DNA of 64,000 nucleotides from Eledone cirrhosa (Eukaryota): assembly GCA_964016885.1 (NCBI GenBank), contig OZ024740.1:293570001-293634000 (forward strand), written 5' to 3'. The notes below the pieces were generated by a model. It worked only from the letters and a program-made list of their open reading frames with translations, ran no database searches and was not told the DNA's origin. The translations under genes were made by a program, and so were the position numbers. Positions 25,245 through 38,600 of the stretch are shown one piece after another (the first letter of the stretch is position 1; each line of letters opens with the position of its first letter).

Positions 25245-25910
25245 AAAGCAAAGACTAGCTAAATTCAAATGCTGTATGTGGAAGTCAACAGAGACTACCT
25301 AAAATGAAATGCTGTATGTGGAAGTCAACAGAGACTACTTGAAATGAAATGCTGTATGTGGAAGTCAACAGAGACTACTTGAAACGAAATGCTGTATGTG
25401 GAAGTCAACAGAGACTACTTGAAACTAAATGCTGTATGTGGAAGTCAACAGAGACTACCTAAAATGAAATGCTGTATGTGGAAGCCAACAGAGACTACCT
25501 GAAACTAAATGCTGTATGTGGAAGTCAACAGAGACTACCTAAAATGAAATGCTGTATGTGGAAGTCAAAAGAGACTAACTGAAACTAAATGCTGTATGTG
25601 GAAGCCAACAGAGACTACCTGAAACTAAATGCTGTATGTGGAAGTCAAAAGAGACTAACTGAAACTAAATGCTGTATGTGGAAGTCAACAGAGATTACCT
25701 GAAACTAAATGCTGTATGTGGAAGTCAACAGAGACTACCTGAAACTAAATGCTGTATGTGGAAGTCAACAGAGACTACCTGAAACTAAATACTGTATGTG
25801 GAAGTCAACAGAGACTACCTGAAACTAAATGCTGTATGTGGAAGTCAACAGAGACTATCTGAAACTAAATACTGTATGTGGAAGTCTATAGAGACTACTT
25901 GAAACGAAAT
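25245..25910. repeat. 40-bp minisatellite (about 16 units)
   Basis: Unit GAAACTAAATGCTGTATGTGGAAGTCAACAGAGACTACCT. Confidence 0.97.
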
Positions 25911-26055
25911 GATCTATTGGGGGCCAAGAAAAGAATTGCTCATGGAAGATTCTAGAAAAGAATCAAAGAAAAAAAATAATCAATAATTTACTCTTTCAAG
26001 AAAATTGGGAGTATTATTGTGAACTAAATTAAAAAAAAAAAAAAAATTAAATAAT

Positions 26056-26233
26056 TGTTTCTACTTTTGGCACAAGGCCAGCAATTACCCAGTGCATTAC
26101 TGGTACTTTATTTTATCGACCTCGTAAGGATGAAAGGCAAAGTTAACCTCGGCGGGATTTGAAGTCAGATTGGAAAGGGCCGTAGCTCTATGCATCAAAG
26201 CATGGCGTCCAACCCTCTACCGATACTGCCACA
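26056..26233 (-). mobile_element. SINE family A
   Basis: Family A body; TSD AAATTAAATAAT on both sides. Confidence 0.88.
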
Positions 26234-26375
26234 AATTAAATAATGTTATAAATCTATTTAGATTTATGTTGTTTTCACAATCTGGGTTTTTCTTTTGAGT
26301 TTTGTATTTTTGTGAGCCTGATCTTAAAACCCATTAACTATTTCAATACATAGACCTTCACATAGACACATATAT

Positions 26376-26560
26376 TTGTTTCTACTTTAGGCACAAGGCC
26401 AGCAATCAGCCAGTGCATTACTGGTACTTTATTTTATCGACCCCGTAAGGATGAAAGGCAAAGTCAACCTCGGCGGGATTTGAACTCAGATCGTAAAGGG
26501 ACGTAACTATGCTGGAAAGCATGGCGTCCAACCCTCTACCGATACTGCCAATCCACCACC
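26376..26560 (-). mobile_element. SINE family A
   Basis: Family A body; long TSD CCTTCACATAGACACATATAT. Confidence 0.9.
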
Positions 26561-27588
26561 CTTCACATAGACACATATATTACAAACTAATGAGAGAGCC
26601 TTTGTTCAGTTGCTCTATCTGCATGGAATATCTTCCAGCTTGTCATCAAATCATACACAACTGTCTTAAAGAGGAAAAGATACATTTGATATAATGACTG
26701 AAAAATAAAGACACAATGTTGTTGGTCCCAATTCTAGTTGATCAATACTGTCTTGGGGTATAAACAACCACAGCAGCAATGTATATATGGTAAAAGTTTG
26801 TAGTGGCTGAGATGGTCGCTTGGTAGCTAGCAGTTGCCTCCCCTTAACAACCCTTCAGGGAAGGGAGGCAAAAATACACCCGGACACAGCCACAGGTTCA
26901 CTGACTCTTTTGGGACCACGGACATGAACAGACGTGGAAAGATCCGCTCCTCAAAATATTGACGTTGTAGGAAATTTACTAAATTATTGCATTAAATAAA
27001 ATGATTGTTAGACTTGATTGTGCATTTATTTATTCGACAAAGAGAAAAATCACTTTTCTTTATTGGCGACCCTGACGATAAAGAATGAAAACGCAGCCTA
27101 TTGGAGTCCGAAATCCTTTTTAACGGCAATGTGGAATGGCTTAACATTTGGAATGTCCGAATCACTTAGCGTAAGTCCATAAAATTCATTATATTCCATT
27201 TGTTATAGCACGCATACAGACAAACACAAAAATACAACACACAACAAAAAAAAAAAAAAAAAGGATTTCTCTGGATATAGAATTTTGCTTCCAACATTCT
27301 GTGGAAATTACAAATGGAGATATTTCGTTTTCCCGCGTTCAGCTTGTCTTCTCCAATCCCAGCCATCTGATTGGCTGCATCGTGCCTCATGACGGCTTCA
27401 TCACGGACACATTTTTAAATCAGCCATCTTGGATTTTCTTACCATTAATTTTCATAGAAAATGATTTTTTTTTATTATTAAAATTTTCTTTAGAATATTT
27501 TTTTTTAAAGAAAAAAATTACCAGCAATCAGCAGCAACACCTGGCTAACTATTGACCAACACCAAAAAGTCATCAAATACGTGGCACC

Positions 27589-28364
27589 ATGAGTCAACAT
27601 CATTTGCCGTCCTTCGCAGGTGACATCAAGTTGTGGTTTGCGCAGCTGGAATGTTTCTTCGAATTGACGAAGACAAAGGAACAGCATAAGCTGAAGGTCC
27701 TGATCAATGGCCTACCTGTTTCCTTGGCATTCTCGGTGAAGGACATTGTGACGGATTTAGACGCCGACGTTACCTACGGTCATTAAAAAAAGAAATCCTT
27801 CGCCGAAATACCAAGTCGGTAGAGAGCTGTTTTCGGGAGTTGTTGGACGATGCTCAAATGGGTGACAGGAAGCCGAGCTCCTATTTGCGGGAGTTGAGCG
27901 ACTCCCACGGGATTGACACCCCCTTCATAAAGCAACTTTTTTTCTCACGCCTACCACCAAGTGCGCAAAGAATATTGGTCAATAGTTTAGAGAAGGATTC
28001 ATTAGAGCAACTTGCCGCGTCCGCGGATAAGATACTTGAGGTGGACTCGAACAGCAATCAGCATAATCCTTATGTGGCTTCAGCGTGCGTCCCTCCACGC
28101 AGTTCTTCTGTGGCCGACGGCAAACTGTTGGAGTTGATTGAAGCTCTCACCAAGAAGGTAGAAGATTTGACGGTACATCACAGAGAGCCTTCTCAACGTT
28201 TGAGGTATCGTTCGCCGCCGTCCTCTATCCATCGCCAGCACTCAAACGCAGGCAACAATAATTCTTCGTTGTGTTGGTACCATGCTAACTTCGGCAGTAG
28301 GGCGCAACGTTGTCGCGCGCCCTGTGATTACAAGAGATCGGGAAACGCAAAGCAGAGCCACTAG
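27589..28364 (+). pseudogene. gag: Gypsy gag (1-nt frameshift near 27782)
   Basis: LPSF..DIKLWFAQLECFF, then after the shift LKKEILRR..LLDDAQMGDRKPS.YLREL..LCWYHANFGSRAQRCRAPC. Confidence 0.85.
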
Positions 28365-28383
28365 GAGCGGCTAGTGAACTCTG
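28340..28383 (+). promoter_or_regulatory. -1 programmed ribosomal frameshift signal (gag-pol)
   Basis: G GGA AAC heptamer in the gag frame, 6-nt spacer, hairpin CAGAG-c-CACTAG/gagcgg/CTAGTG-aa-CTCTG; the -1 frame runs open into FLVDTGA protease. Confidence 0.8.
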
Positions 28384-31300
28384 GGAAAACCGACCAAACC
28401 GCCATCTTTTCGTATACGACCTGCGGTCAAAAAAATTTTTCCTTGTCGATACTGGCGCGTCGCTGAGTATTTGGCCAGTCAGTTATCTCAAAAAAAGCCC
28501 AGCCGAAGCAGATAGAAATCTACGAGCAGTCAACCACACGGCCATTCGATCGTATGGGCAAATTTCGCTTCCTCTTCGGTTAAAAAATTTGAGGTGGAAG
28601 TTTACTATCGCCGACTTGCCATACGCCATTTTGGGAGCGGATTTTCTCCACCATTTTTCCTTGTTGGTGGACATTCGCAGACAACGCCTTGTTGATGCTG
28701 AAACAGGCCTTTCTTTCGAGGGTTCAGAGCCGGACGTCGCCACCGTCAGCCCTTCATTTTTCTTGGCTGAAGTGGGCAACCAGTATCAAAGCCTGCTACA
28801 TTCATTCCCTCAGTTGACGCAGGGAAAGTTACGAATAACTAGCCCGGATCATGCGATTGAACACTTCATATCCACTACAGGTCCACCTGTTTTCTCACGT
28901 CCTCGAAAATTGTCTACAGAGAAGTTGAAAGCTGCACGTCTTGAATTCGACCACATGCTGGAATTGGGAATAATTCGGCGCTCCACAAGTCCTTGGGCAT
29001 CGCCTCTACATATGGTACCTAGATCTTCTGGGGATTGGAGACGGACGGGTGACTACCGACGCTTAAACGCGATTACTGTGCCTGACCGTTATCCAATCCC
29101 GCATTTGCAGGATTTTGCGTCGTCATTGCAGGGTTGCAGAATCTTTTCTAAGCTTGATTTGATCCGCGCTTATAATCAAATTCCGGTTAACGAGGAGGAT
29201 ATCCCAAAGACTGCTATTGCCACTCCTTTCGGATCATTCGAGTTCCTCACTATGCCTTTCGGCCTTAGAAACGCTGCAAGTACCTTCCAACGATTTATGG
29301 ATGATATTACTCGGGGCCTGGATTTTGTGTACACGTATATCGACGACGTGTTGATTGCTAGTTCTTCCCCTCAGCAGCATTCAAAGCATCTGGATCTCGT
29401 ATTTTGTCGTTTACAGAGATATAATGTTCGAATTAATGCTTCCAAGTGTGTTTTCGGCTCGACTTCACTAACATTTTTAGGCCATCTGATTGACGCCGAT
29501 GGCATTCGACCTCTTCCTGAGAAGGTTAAGGCAGTATCGGATTTGCCTCCGTCAATTCCTGGGCCTTGTAAATTTTTATAGGCGATTCGTACCTGGTTAT
29601 TCCAAATTGCTGTTCTCGTTGACAGAGATTTTTAAGGGTTGCCGGCATAAGAATATGGACATTTCCTTAAATAAAACGCAGCTTGATGATTTTAAAAAAG
29701 TGAAAAAGGCGTTAGCGAACGCGTCTTTGCTCGCCCACCCAGTACCCAACGCCGAGCTATCGCTCTGTGTTGATGCTTCGGATAGCACCGTGGGCGCAGT
29801 CTTACAGCAGAAGGGTGATGGGGTACAGCAACCACTCGAGTTCTTTTCGAGGAAGTTAAAGCCTGCAGAAACTCGCTATAGCACCTTTGGGAGGGAGCTA
29901 TTAGCAATTTATTTATCAGTGAAACATTTTGCTCATGTACTTGAAGGTAGAACATTCACCATTTTCACTGATCATAAACCCTTGACGTTTGCTCTTCGAA
30001 CTAAGGCAGACAAATACTCGCCCAGAGAAACGAGACATCTGGACTTCATCTCACAGTTCACGAACGACATTCAACATATTCCGGGTTCTTTGAATACAGC
30101 GGCCGATGCGCTGTCTCGCCTGCCGATCGCATCGATTTCGTCTTCCGAGGAGATAGATTTACATCGAATGGCAGCTGCCCAACCCACTCTCGAATCGTTG
30201 GATGTTACATCGCCAGAGTTTGTACATTGCAAACTGAAATACATTCCGATCTCAACTGCTGACGGACAAATACTGTGTGATGTTTCGTTGGACTCACCAC
30301 GACCTCTAGTCCCAGTGGAACATCGACGAACTGCGTTTCTCGCTTTACATGGCATTTCTCACCCAGGAGTATCAGCCTCAGTAAAACTCATAACAGCCAG
30401 ATTTTTCTGGCCTGGTATGAGACGTGACATTGCTGCTTGGTGTCGTTCCTGTGTCGCTTGCCAACAAGCGAAAGTTCATAGACATGTTAAGGCTCCTCTC
30501 GGAACCTTCACCTGCCCCGATGCAAGATTTCGTCACATTCATGTGGACATCGTCGGCCCGTGGCCGGTTAGTCGTGGTTTTTCGTATCTTTTGACGATTG
30601 TTGACCGTTTTTCGCGTTGGCCTGAAGCCGTCCCTATAACAGATATCACCGCCGAAACCACAGCCCGTCCCCTCGTATCTTCGTGGATCGCTCGTTTCGG
30701 TGTACCAACCACCATAACAACGGATCGTGGTCGTCAATTCGAGTCTAACCTCTTCCGAGAGCTAACCCAAATCCTGGGGGCTACTCGAATAAGAACCACG
30801 GCTTACCACCCAGCCTCAAACGGAATGGTGGAAAGATTCCACAGGCAGCTCAAAACCTCCTTAAGGGCTTCCATGGACTCTTCACGTTGGAGCGAGTACC
30901 TACCCATTGTATTGTTGGGTATTCGGTCGACGGTAAAGGTGGACCTTGGGTTCTCCTCTGCCGAATTAGTTTATGGTACGCCTCTGGCGTTACCGGGGCA
31001 AATGCTGGCCCCTTTTGACCTGACTTCGCAGGACCCCGCTTCCTACGTGTCCCGGCTTCACTCTTATTTCAAGGATCTACCACCGATGGGCACTAGGAAG
31101 CAGACTGTAAAAACTGCCGTCCCAAGGGATATTGCCTTGTGGACCCAATTGTTCGTTAGAGACGACGCCGTGAGACCCCCTCTTCAACGGCCGTACTCTG
31201 GACCCTATCGTGTGCTTGCTCGCACAGACAAACATTTCACACTGGACATTCGGGGTTCCAGGGAAACGGTTTCCGTTGATCGTCTCAAGCGAGCAAACCT

Positions 31301-31460
31301 GGACAATGACACAATGACACTTGAAACTCAAATGCCCCCCTCTTTTTCTTTGCCACACAAGCCTATTTCTTCCCCTCCCCCACCATCAACACACAGAACT
31401 ACGACCCGTTCTGGGCGAAGGGTGCATTGGCCCCGTAAGCTATGCAGTAATATAAACTGA
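28346..31460 (+). pseudogene. pol: Gypsy pol (protease, RT, RNase H, integrase) with frameshifting deletion near 29550
   Basis: FLVDTGAS; [31 protein letters not shown]; VDASD..GAVLQQ, RELLA, TDHKPL; HHCC; [22 protein letters not shown]; GPY. Confidence 0.95.
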
Positions 31461-32449
31461 ATTGTATTTTTTTTTTTTTTTTGTTATTTTTTTCCTTCCA
31501 ATTGTTTTTGTTGTACATTGCATTTTGTTACTTTTGGATTCTTGACTGCCTACGGCAGTGTCAATATATTATATTTTGCGTAACATTACGACTGTTGTCA
31601 ATTCTGACACAGTCCCTTTTTTTTTAGTGCATTTTTATAACTATGCTACATAATGGCATTTTCATTGCCTAGCAAAACATTTTTTTTCTTGTTTATCGCA
31701 TCTGGGGCCCCTTTATTGCGAAGAGTGTTATCTTTTCATGCATTTTGCATCTTTTACTGTACGTTTTTTTTTTTTCTGTGTTAATGCTTGCAGACATGAA
31801 CCTATTTATTATTTTTTTTTAATTTTTAATTTGTTGATACATTCTTCTACATTTTGTAAACTACCTTCGCTTCATTGTTAACGATTTTGCGACAAAAAAT
31901 CTGCTCCGAGGTGAATGTAGTGGCTGAGATGGTCGCTTGGTAGCTAGCAGTTGCCTCCCCTTAACAACCCTTCAGGGAAGGGAGGCAAAAATACACCCGG
32001 ACACAGCCACAGGTTCACTGACTCTTTTTGGACCACGGACATGAACAGACGTGGAAAGATCCGCTCCTCAAAATATTGACGTTGTAGGAAATTTACTAAA
32101 TTATTGCATTAAATAAAATGATTGTTAGACTTGATTGTGCATTTATTTATTCGACAAAGAGAAAAATCACTTTTCTTTAAGTTCATACTTAAGTTGTTCT
32201 TGCTTAGCTACCATGACCAAACAAATCTATAATCAAAGGTATTTTAGTCTTGAACATTTCATTTCTTTTCTGTATATTTAAGACAATATTGTTCAATGTC
32301 TTAATATTGTTTCTCTTTTAAAGACAGTGGGATGTTATATAATGTATACTTAGCTGCTATATCTAGTATGTCAAATGATCTTATATAAGATCTTCCATCT
32401 ATTTCATTCATTGTCCTTATCTGTTTGTAGTTATTAGTTATACACTCAC

Positions 32450-32516
32450 TCATTTTGAAATCCACAGCAGCTACTCGTCCAATCAAAGATGCAGCTGGAT
32501 AAAGACGCAGAACTTC
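32450..32516 (-). CDS. Cytochrome P450 CYP4-clan exon with K-helix ExxR
   Basis: ttctcttttttaAG acceptor, EVLRLYPAASLIGRVAAVDFKM+A, GTGAGT donor; 67 nt, splices in frame to 23935. Confidence 0.88.
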
Positions 32517-32647
32517 CTTAAAAAGAGAACATTAGAGTGATTATTATTACGCTCCCCATAATAGTTTGTCAATTCCCTCCCTTTAGCATCTGAGTTCAAA
32601 TTCTACTGAAGTTTATTTTGACTTTCATCCTTGCTGGGTCGATAAAA

Positions 32648-35572
32648 TAACGCTAACACAATCACTAACACAAATGGAAACATCAAACACTAATGCTAAC
32701 AGAGATACTAACACAAATATTAACACAAAAAACAAATACTAACACTAACTCAATCTCTAACACTAACCTTAACACTAAAACTAACACTAACATTAACTTG
32801 AACACTAACCTGAACACTTACACTAACACTAACAGAGATACTAACACAAATATTAACACAAAAACAAACACTAACACAATCTCTAACACTAAAACTAACA
32901 TTAACTTGAACACTAGCACTAACCTGAAAACTAAGCTAACATTAACCTGAACACTAACACAAACACTCATGCTAACACTAACAGAAATACTAATGCTAAC
33001 ATTAACACAAAAACAAACACTAACGCTAACACAATCACTAACACATATGGAAACATCAATCACTAATGCTAACAGAGATACTAACACAAATATTAACACA
33101 AAAACAAACACTAACACAATCTCTAACACTAACCTTAACACTAAAACTAACATTAACACTAACATAACTTGAACACTAACACTAACCTGAACACTTACAC
33201 TAAAACTAACATTAACCTAAACACTAGCACTAAAACTAACACTACCATAAACAGTAACACAAACACTAACATTAAAACTAACAGGAAAACTGATACTAAC
33301 CAGAAAACTAAGCTAACATTAACCTCAACACTAAAACAAACACTAACATTAACAGAAAAAACAAAGACTAGCACTAACACTAATGGAAACACTAACACAA
33401 ACATTAACACAAAATAAAACACTAACACTAATGGAAAAAATAACACTAACACTAAAACTAACACTACCGCAAACACTAACACTAACCTGAACACTAACAC
33501 TAAAACTGACATTAACACGAACATTAACCTGAACACTAACACTACCACTAAAACTAACACTACCATAAACCACTAACCTGAGCACTAACACTAAAAGTAA
33601 CACGAGCCCTAACCTGAAAACTAACACTAACCAGACAACTAAGTCAACATTAACCTGAACACTAACACAAACACTAACACTAACCTGAACACTAGCACTA
33701 ACAAAAATGCTAACACTAATACAAAATCAAACACTAACACGAACACTAATGGAAACACTAACACCAACGCTGACACTGACGAAGATGGCTATGCTGGCAC
33801 AAACGCTTGCGCAAATGTTGACACAATCGCTTACGCTGACACAAACACTAACGTGAATACTGATGCAGGTGCAAAGGCGAATGCTGACAGAGACTGACGC
33901 ACACGCTGATGTAAATGCTACACAGACTCTAACGTTGACGTGGACACTGACACAAGTGCTTACGCTGATGCAAACACTAAAGCTAATGCAAACACAGGCG
34001 CAAATGTTGATGCAGATGTTAAAGCAAACGCAAACGATGACAGCGATGCTAATGTGAACCTTAACGCAGACGCAAACATTGACGTAGAAGCTAAAGGAAA
34101 CACTGATGCAAACACTAATGAAAATGCTGACGCAGACGCTGACACTGACACAGACGCTAACACACGTTAACACAGATGCTAACGTAAACACTGACGCAGA
34201 TGCTAATATAAACACTGACGCAGACGCTAACATAAACGCTGACACAGATGCTAACACACGTTGACACAGACGCTAATGTAAACGATGACGTAGAAGCTAA
34301 CGTAAATGCTGACACAGACGCTGGCGTAGAAGCTAACACAAACGCTGACACACACTAATGTAAGCGCTGACGTAGAAGCTAATGTAGATGCTGACGTAGA
34401 AGCTAACGTAAACGATGACGTAGATGTTAACATAGACGCTGACGTAGAAGCTAACATAAACGCTGACGTAGAAGCTAACAAAACGCTGATGTAGTTGTTA
34501 ACGTAGAAGCAGGCGTTGAAATTAGCGTTTACCCTTACCGCCGAAGCTGATCTCCAAAACGCAATTGCTGAAGCCAAAGCCAAGCTAACGCTGACGCAAA
34601 TGTTGAGGCAGTTTTGCCGGCGCTGACGTGTATGCTGACGCTAACGCAAATGCTGAAGTTAACGCTTACATGGGATATGCAGACGCTGCAATGATACGGA
34701 CGCCACAGGAAAAGTTGATGGAAACGGCAATGCTAACAGAAACACTGACGTGGACGTTGCGGAAACGCTGACGTAGAAGCTAACGTAAACGCTGACACAG
34801 ACGCTAACGTAAAAGCTGATACAGATGCTAATGTAAACACTGACGTTAACTGAAACGCTGACGCTGATGTAGATGTAAATACTGACGCTGACACAGACAC
34901 GGTCGGAAACGCTGACATAGAAGCTAACGGAAACACTGACACAGACGCTAATGGAAATGCTGACAAAGACGTTAAAGGAAACGCTGTCGCAAACGCTAAT
35001 GCTAATTGTCAATGCTGATGCAGATGCTGACGCAAATGCTAACCCCTGCACAAATGCAAACGCTGATGCTAACACTGACTCAAACACTAATGCAAATGCT
35101 GACGTGCACGCTGATGCAAACGCAGACACTGACACAAGTGCTGACGCGGACGCTAATAATAATGCTGACTCAGAAGCTGACGTAGACGTAGGCACTGAAA
35201 CAAACACTAATGCTAACATTAATGTTGACTCAGACGCTAAGGGAAATGCTGACACAATCACTATCACCAATGCAGACGTTGACGCAAATGCTGACATAGA
35301 TGCTGACACTTACGCAAACACTAAGGCTAATCCAAACACTAACGCAGATGCTAACACCAGTCTACATAGACACTAACACAAAAGCTTACATAGATGCCTA
35401 TGCAAATGCTAACGCTGATGCAGACAATAACGCAAACAGTAACTGTAAGAGTAACAGTTACAGTAACACTAACAGTGACAGTAATGCTAACAGTAACACA
35501 GTCACTAACAATAAACTTACCATTAACAGTAAAACTTACCCTAACACTAACCCTAAATCTAACATTAATCCA
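32648..35572. repeat. Heterogeneous 6-bp periodic array (ACTAAC to GCTGAC/GCTAAC to AGTAAC)
   Basis: Continuous hexamer periodicity over ~2.9 kb; source of the NT/DA/VL pseudo-ORFs. Confidence 0.9.
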
Positions 35573-35679
35573 GAGAAAAAAGTCATTTGCAATCACATTT
35601 AAGGTCACTCTTTAAGATATAGAAGATAGGCATTACATTTTATGATTTTAATTTAAAGAGAATCACGCTATACGATGCA

Positions 35680-38600
35680 ACAATAACACACCACACCACA
35701 CTAACCTACACTACACCAAACCAGATTATACCATACCTTGGTAAATTTATGATAGGTTTCCATGTTATAACTACACCAAACTAAACCATACCAAATTACA
35801 CCAAACCACACCATAACAAACTACACCATACTACATCACACCATGCTATTGAACTCAGTGTGAAAAATGTTCTTCCTGCTTTTTTTGTCTTTTTTTGTGT
35901 GTGTGCTTACCACCCAATCTGACATTAAAAGTGTTCGCAATTAACTATTTTTTGCACATATTATCAATGAAGACTTTGAAACCTGTTGAAAATGACTAGC
36001 TTTGTAGAAAAAAGAGGGCGGAAAGTGGGTGGAAATACCATTCACAAAGCTTGTCATTTTTGATTGCAGTGAAAGTCATATTTGTTGTTAATATGGTAAT
36101 GGAGGTACATGGCTTAGTGGTTAGAGCATTGGCCTTGCAATCGAAAGGTTGTGAGTTCAATTTTCAGACCAGGTGGTGTGTTGTTTCCTTGAGCAAGACA
36201 CTTTATTTCACATTGCTCCAGTTTACTCAGCTATAGAAATGAGATGATAGGGACTGGTGTCCCTATCATTCCACTGCAAAGTGTTCGTGTAGGTGCCATG
36301 GCAAAAACCACCCAGCACTCACTGTAAATGAGATTGGTGTTAGGAAGGGCATCCAGCTGTAGAAATCAAGCCAGAATCAGTTCCCGTCCGACCCTTGCAA
36401 GCAGGGAAAAGTGGACGTAAAATGATGATGATGATGGTAAAAGCATAGTCGGCTGTGAGCATGTTGGAGGTTGGAAAACCATACCACATTAAACTACATC
36501 AAACTACACCATACCAAACTACACCATACTACATCACACCATGCTATTAATCTAAGTGAGAACATTTTTCTTCCTGTTTTTTTTTCTGTGTATGTGTGTG
36601 TGTGCTTACCACCTAATCTGATATCAAAGGTGCTCACAAATGACTATTTTGTTACACATTATCAATGTATATAACATGGAAACCTGTCATTTGCAATAGG
36701 TTCCCATGTCATAACTACAACAATCCAAACCACACCTTAACAAACTACACCATTCTACATCACACCATGCTTTTGATCTCAGTGTAAACATTTTTCTTCC
36801 TGTTTCTTTTTTTTTGTGTGTGTTCTTACCACCCAATCTGACACCAAAGGTACTGCAATTGACTATTTTTCGCACATATTATCAATAATTATGACATGGA
36901 AAACTGTCGAAAATGACTAGCTTTGTAGAAAAAAGAGAGAGGATGTGGGAGGAAATACCATTTACAAAGCTAGTCATTTTTTGTTGCAGCGGAAGTCATA
37001 TTTTTTGTTAATATGCTAAGAGCATAGTCCACTGCGAGCTTCTTGGAAGTTGATAACACATGTAAAAATGAAGGAAAATTTTTTTTTATAACATAAATCA
37101 AAGTGGAAATTTAAATCCTCACTTATAACAAAGCACACCACAGCACATTAATCTATCTCAATCCACACCATATACTTCAACATAACCATACTTCACTATA
37201 TGGTAAATTTATTACAGAACACCTACTCCTACCATTTACATCACACCATGGTATGGACATCTATGTGACAAATTTGCTACCTGCTTTTTTTTTTTGTTGT
37301 TACAACCTCAAACTAACATCAAAGGTGCTTGCAAATGACTATTTTCCCACACATTATCAATGAATATGACATGGGAATCTATCGTTTACAATTGGTTTCC
37401 ATTTCATAACTTCACCAAACCAAACCACACCATACCAAGTTTCACCATACTACATCACACCAAGCTATTGATCTTGGTGTGAAACATTTTCTTCTTGTTT
37501 CCTTTTTTTTGTGTGTGTGTGCTTACCACCCAATCTGACATTAAAGGTGCTCCCAATTGACTATTTTATTTCCACTTATCAATTATTATGACATGGAAAC
37601 TTGTTGAAAATGACTATCTTTGTAGAAACTTCACCAAACCACACCATACTACATGATGCCAAGCTATTGATTTTGGTGTGACAAATTTTCATATGGCATA
37701 TTTTTTTTTTTTTTCTGCTTACCACCCAATTTCACAAGAAAGGTGCTCGCAAATTACTATTTAAGCACGTATTATCAATGGTTATGACATGGAAACCTGA
37801 TGAAAATGACTAGCTTTGTAGAAAAAAGAGGGAGGATGTGGATGGAAATACCATTTACAAAGCTAGCCATTTTTTGTTGCTGCGGAAGTCAAATTTTTTG
37901 TTAATGTGCTAAAAGCATAGTCCACTGCGAGCTTCTTGGAAGTTGATAACACATGCAAAAATGAAGGAAAAAAATTTTTTATAACATAAATCAAAGTGGA
38001 AATTTAAATCCTCACTTATAACAAAGCACACCACAGCACATTAATCTAACCCAATCCACACCATAAATTCACCATAACCATACTTCACTATATGGTAAAT
38101 TTATTACAGAACACCTACTCCTACCATTTACATCACACCATTATATGGACATCAATGTGATTAATTTGCTACCTGCTTTTTTTTTCTGGTTAACACCTCA
38201 AACTAACATCAAAGGTGCTTGCAAATGATTATTTTCCCACACATTATCAATGAATATGACAAGGGAATCTATCGTTTACAATTGGTTTCCATTTCATAAC
38301 TTCACCAAACCAAACCAAACCACACCATACCAAGTTACACCATACTACATCGCACCAAGCTATTGAACTTGGTGTGAAAAATTTTCTTCCTGTTTCCTTT
38401 TTTTTGTGTGTGTGTGCTTACCACCCAATCTGACATTAAAGGTGCTCCCAATTGACTATTTTATTTCCACTTATCAATAATTATGACATGGAAACCTGTT
38501 GAAAATGATTATCTTTGTAGAAACTTCACCAAACCACACCATACTACATCACACAAAGATATTGATTTTGGTGTGACAAATTTTCATCTGGCATATTTTT

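Larger units (their letters stand above)
26799..32179 (+). mobile_element. Full-length Ty3/Gypsy LTR retrotransposon, antisense in CYP intron
   Basis: 264-bp LTRs at 26799-27062 and 31916-32179 (one substitution seen), 4-bp TSD AGTT, PBS TGGCGACCCTG at 27064, gag-PR-RT-RH-INT order. Confidence 0.97.
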
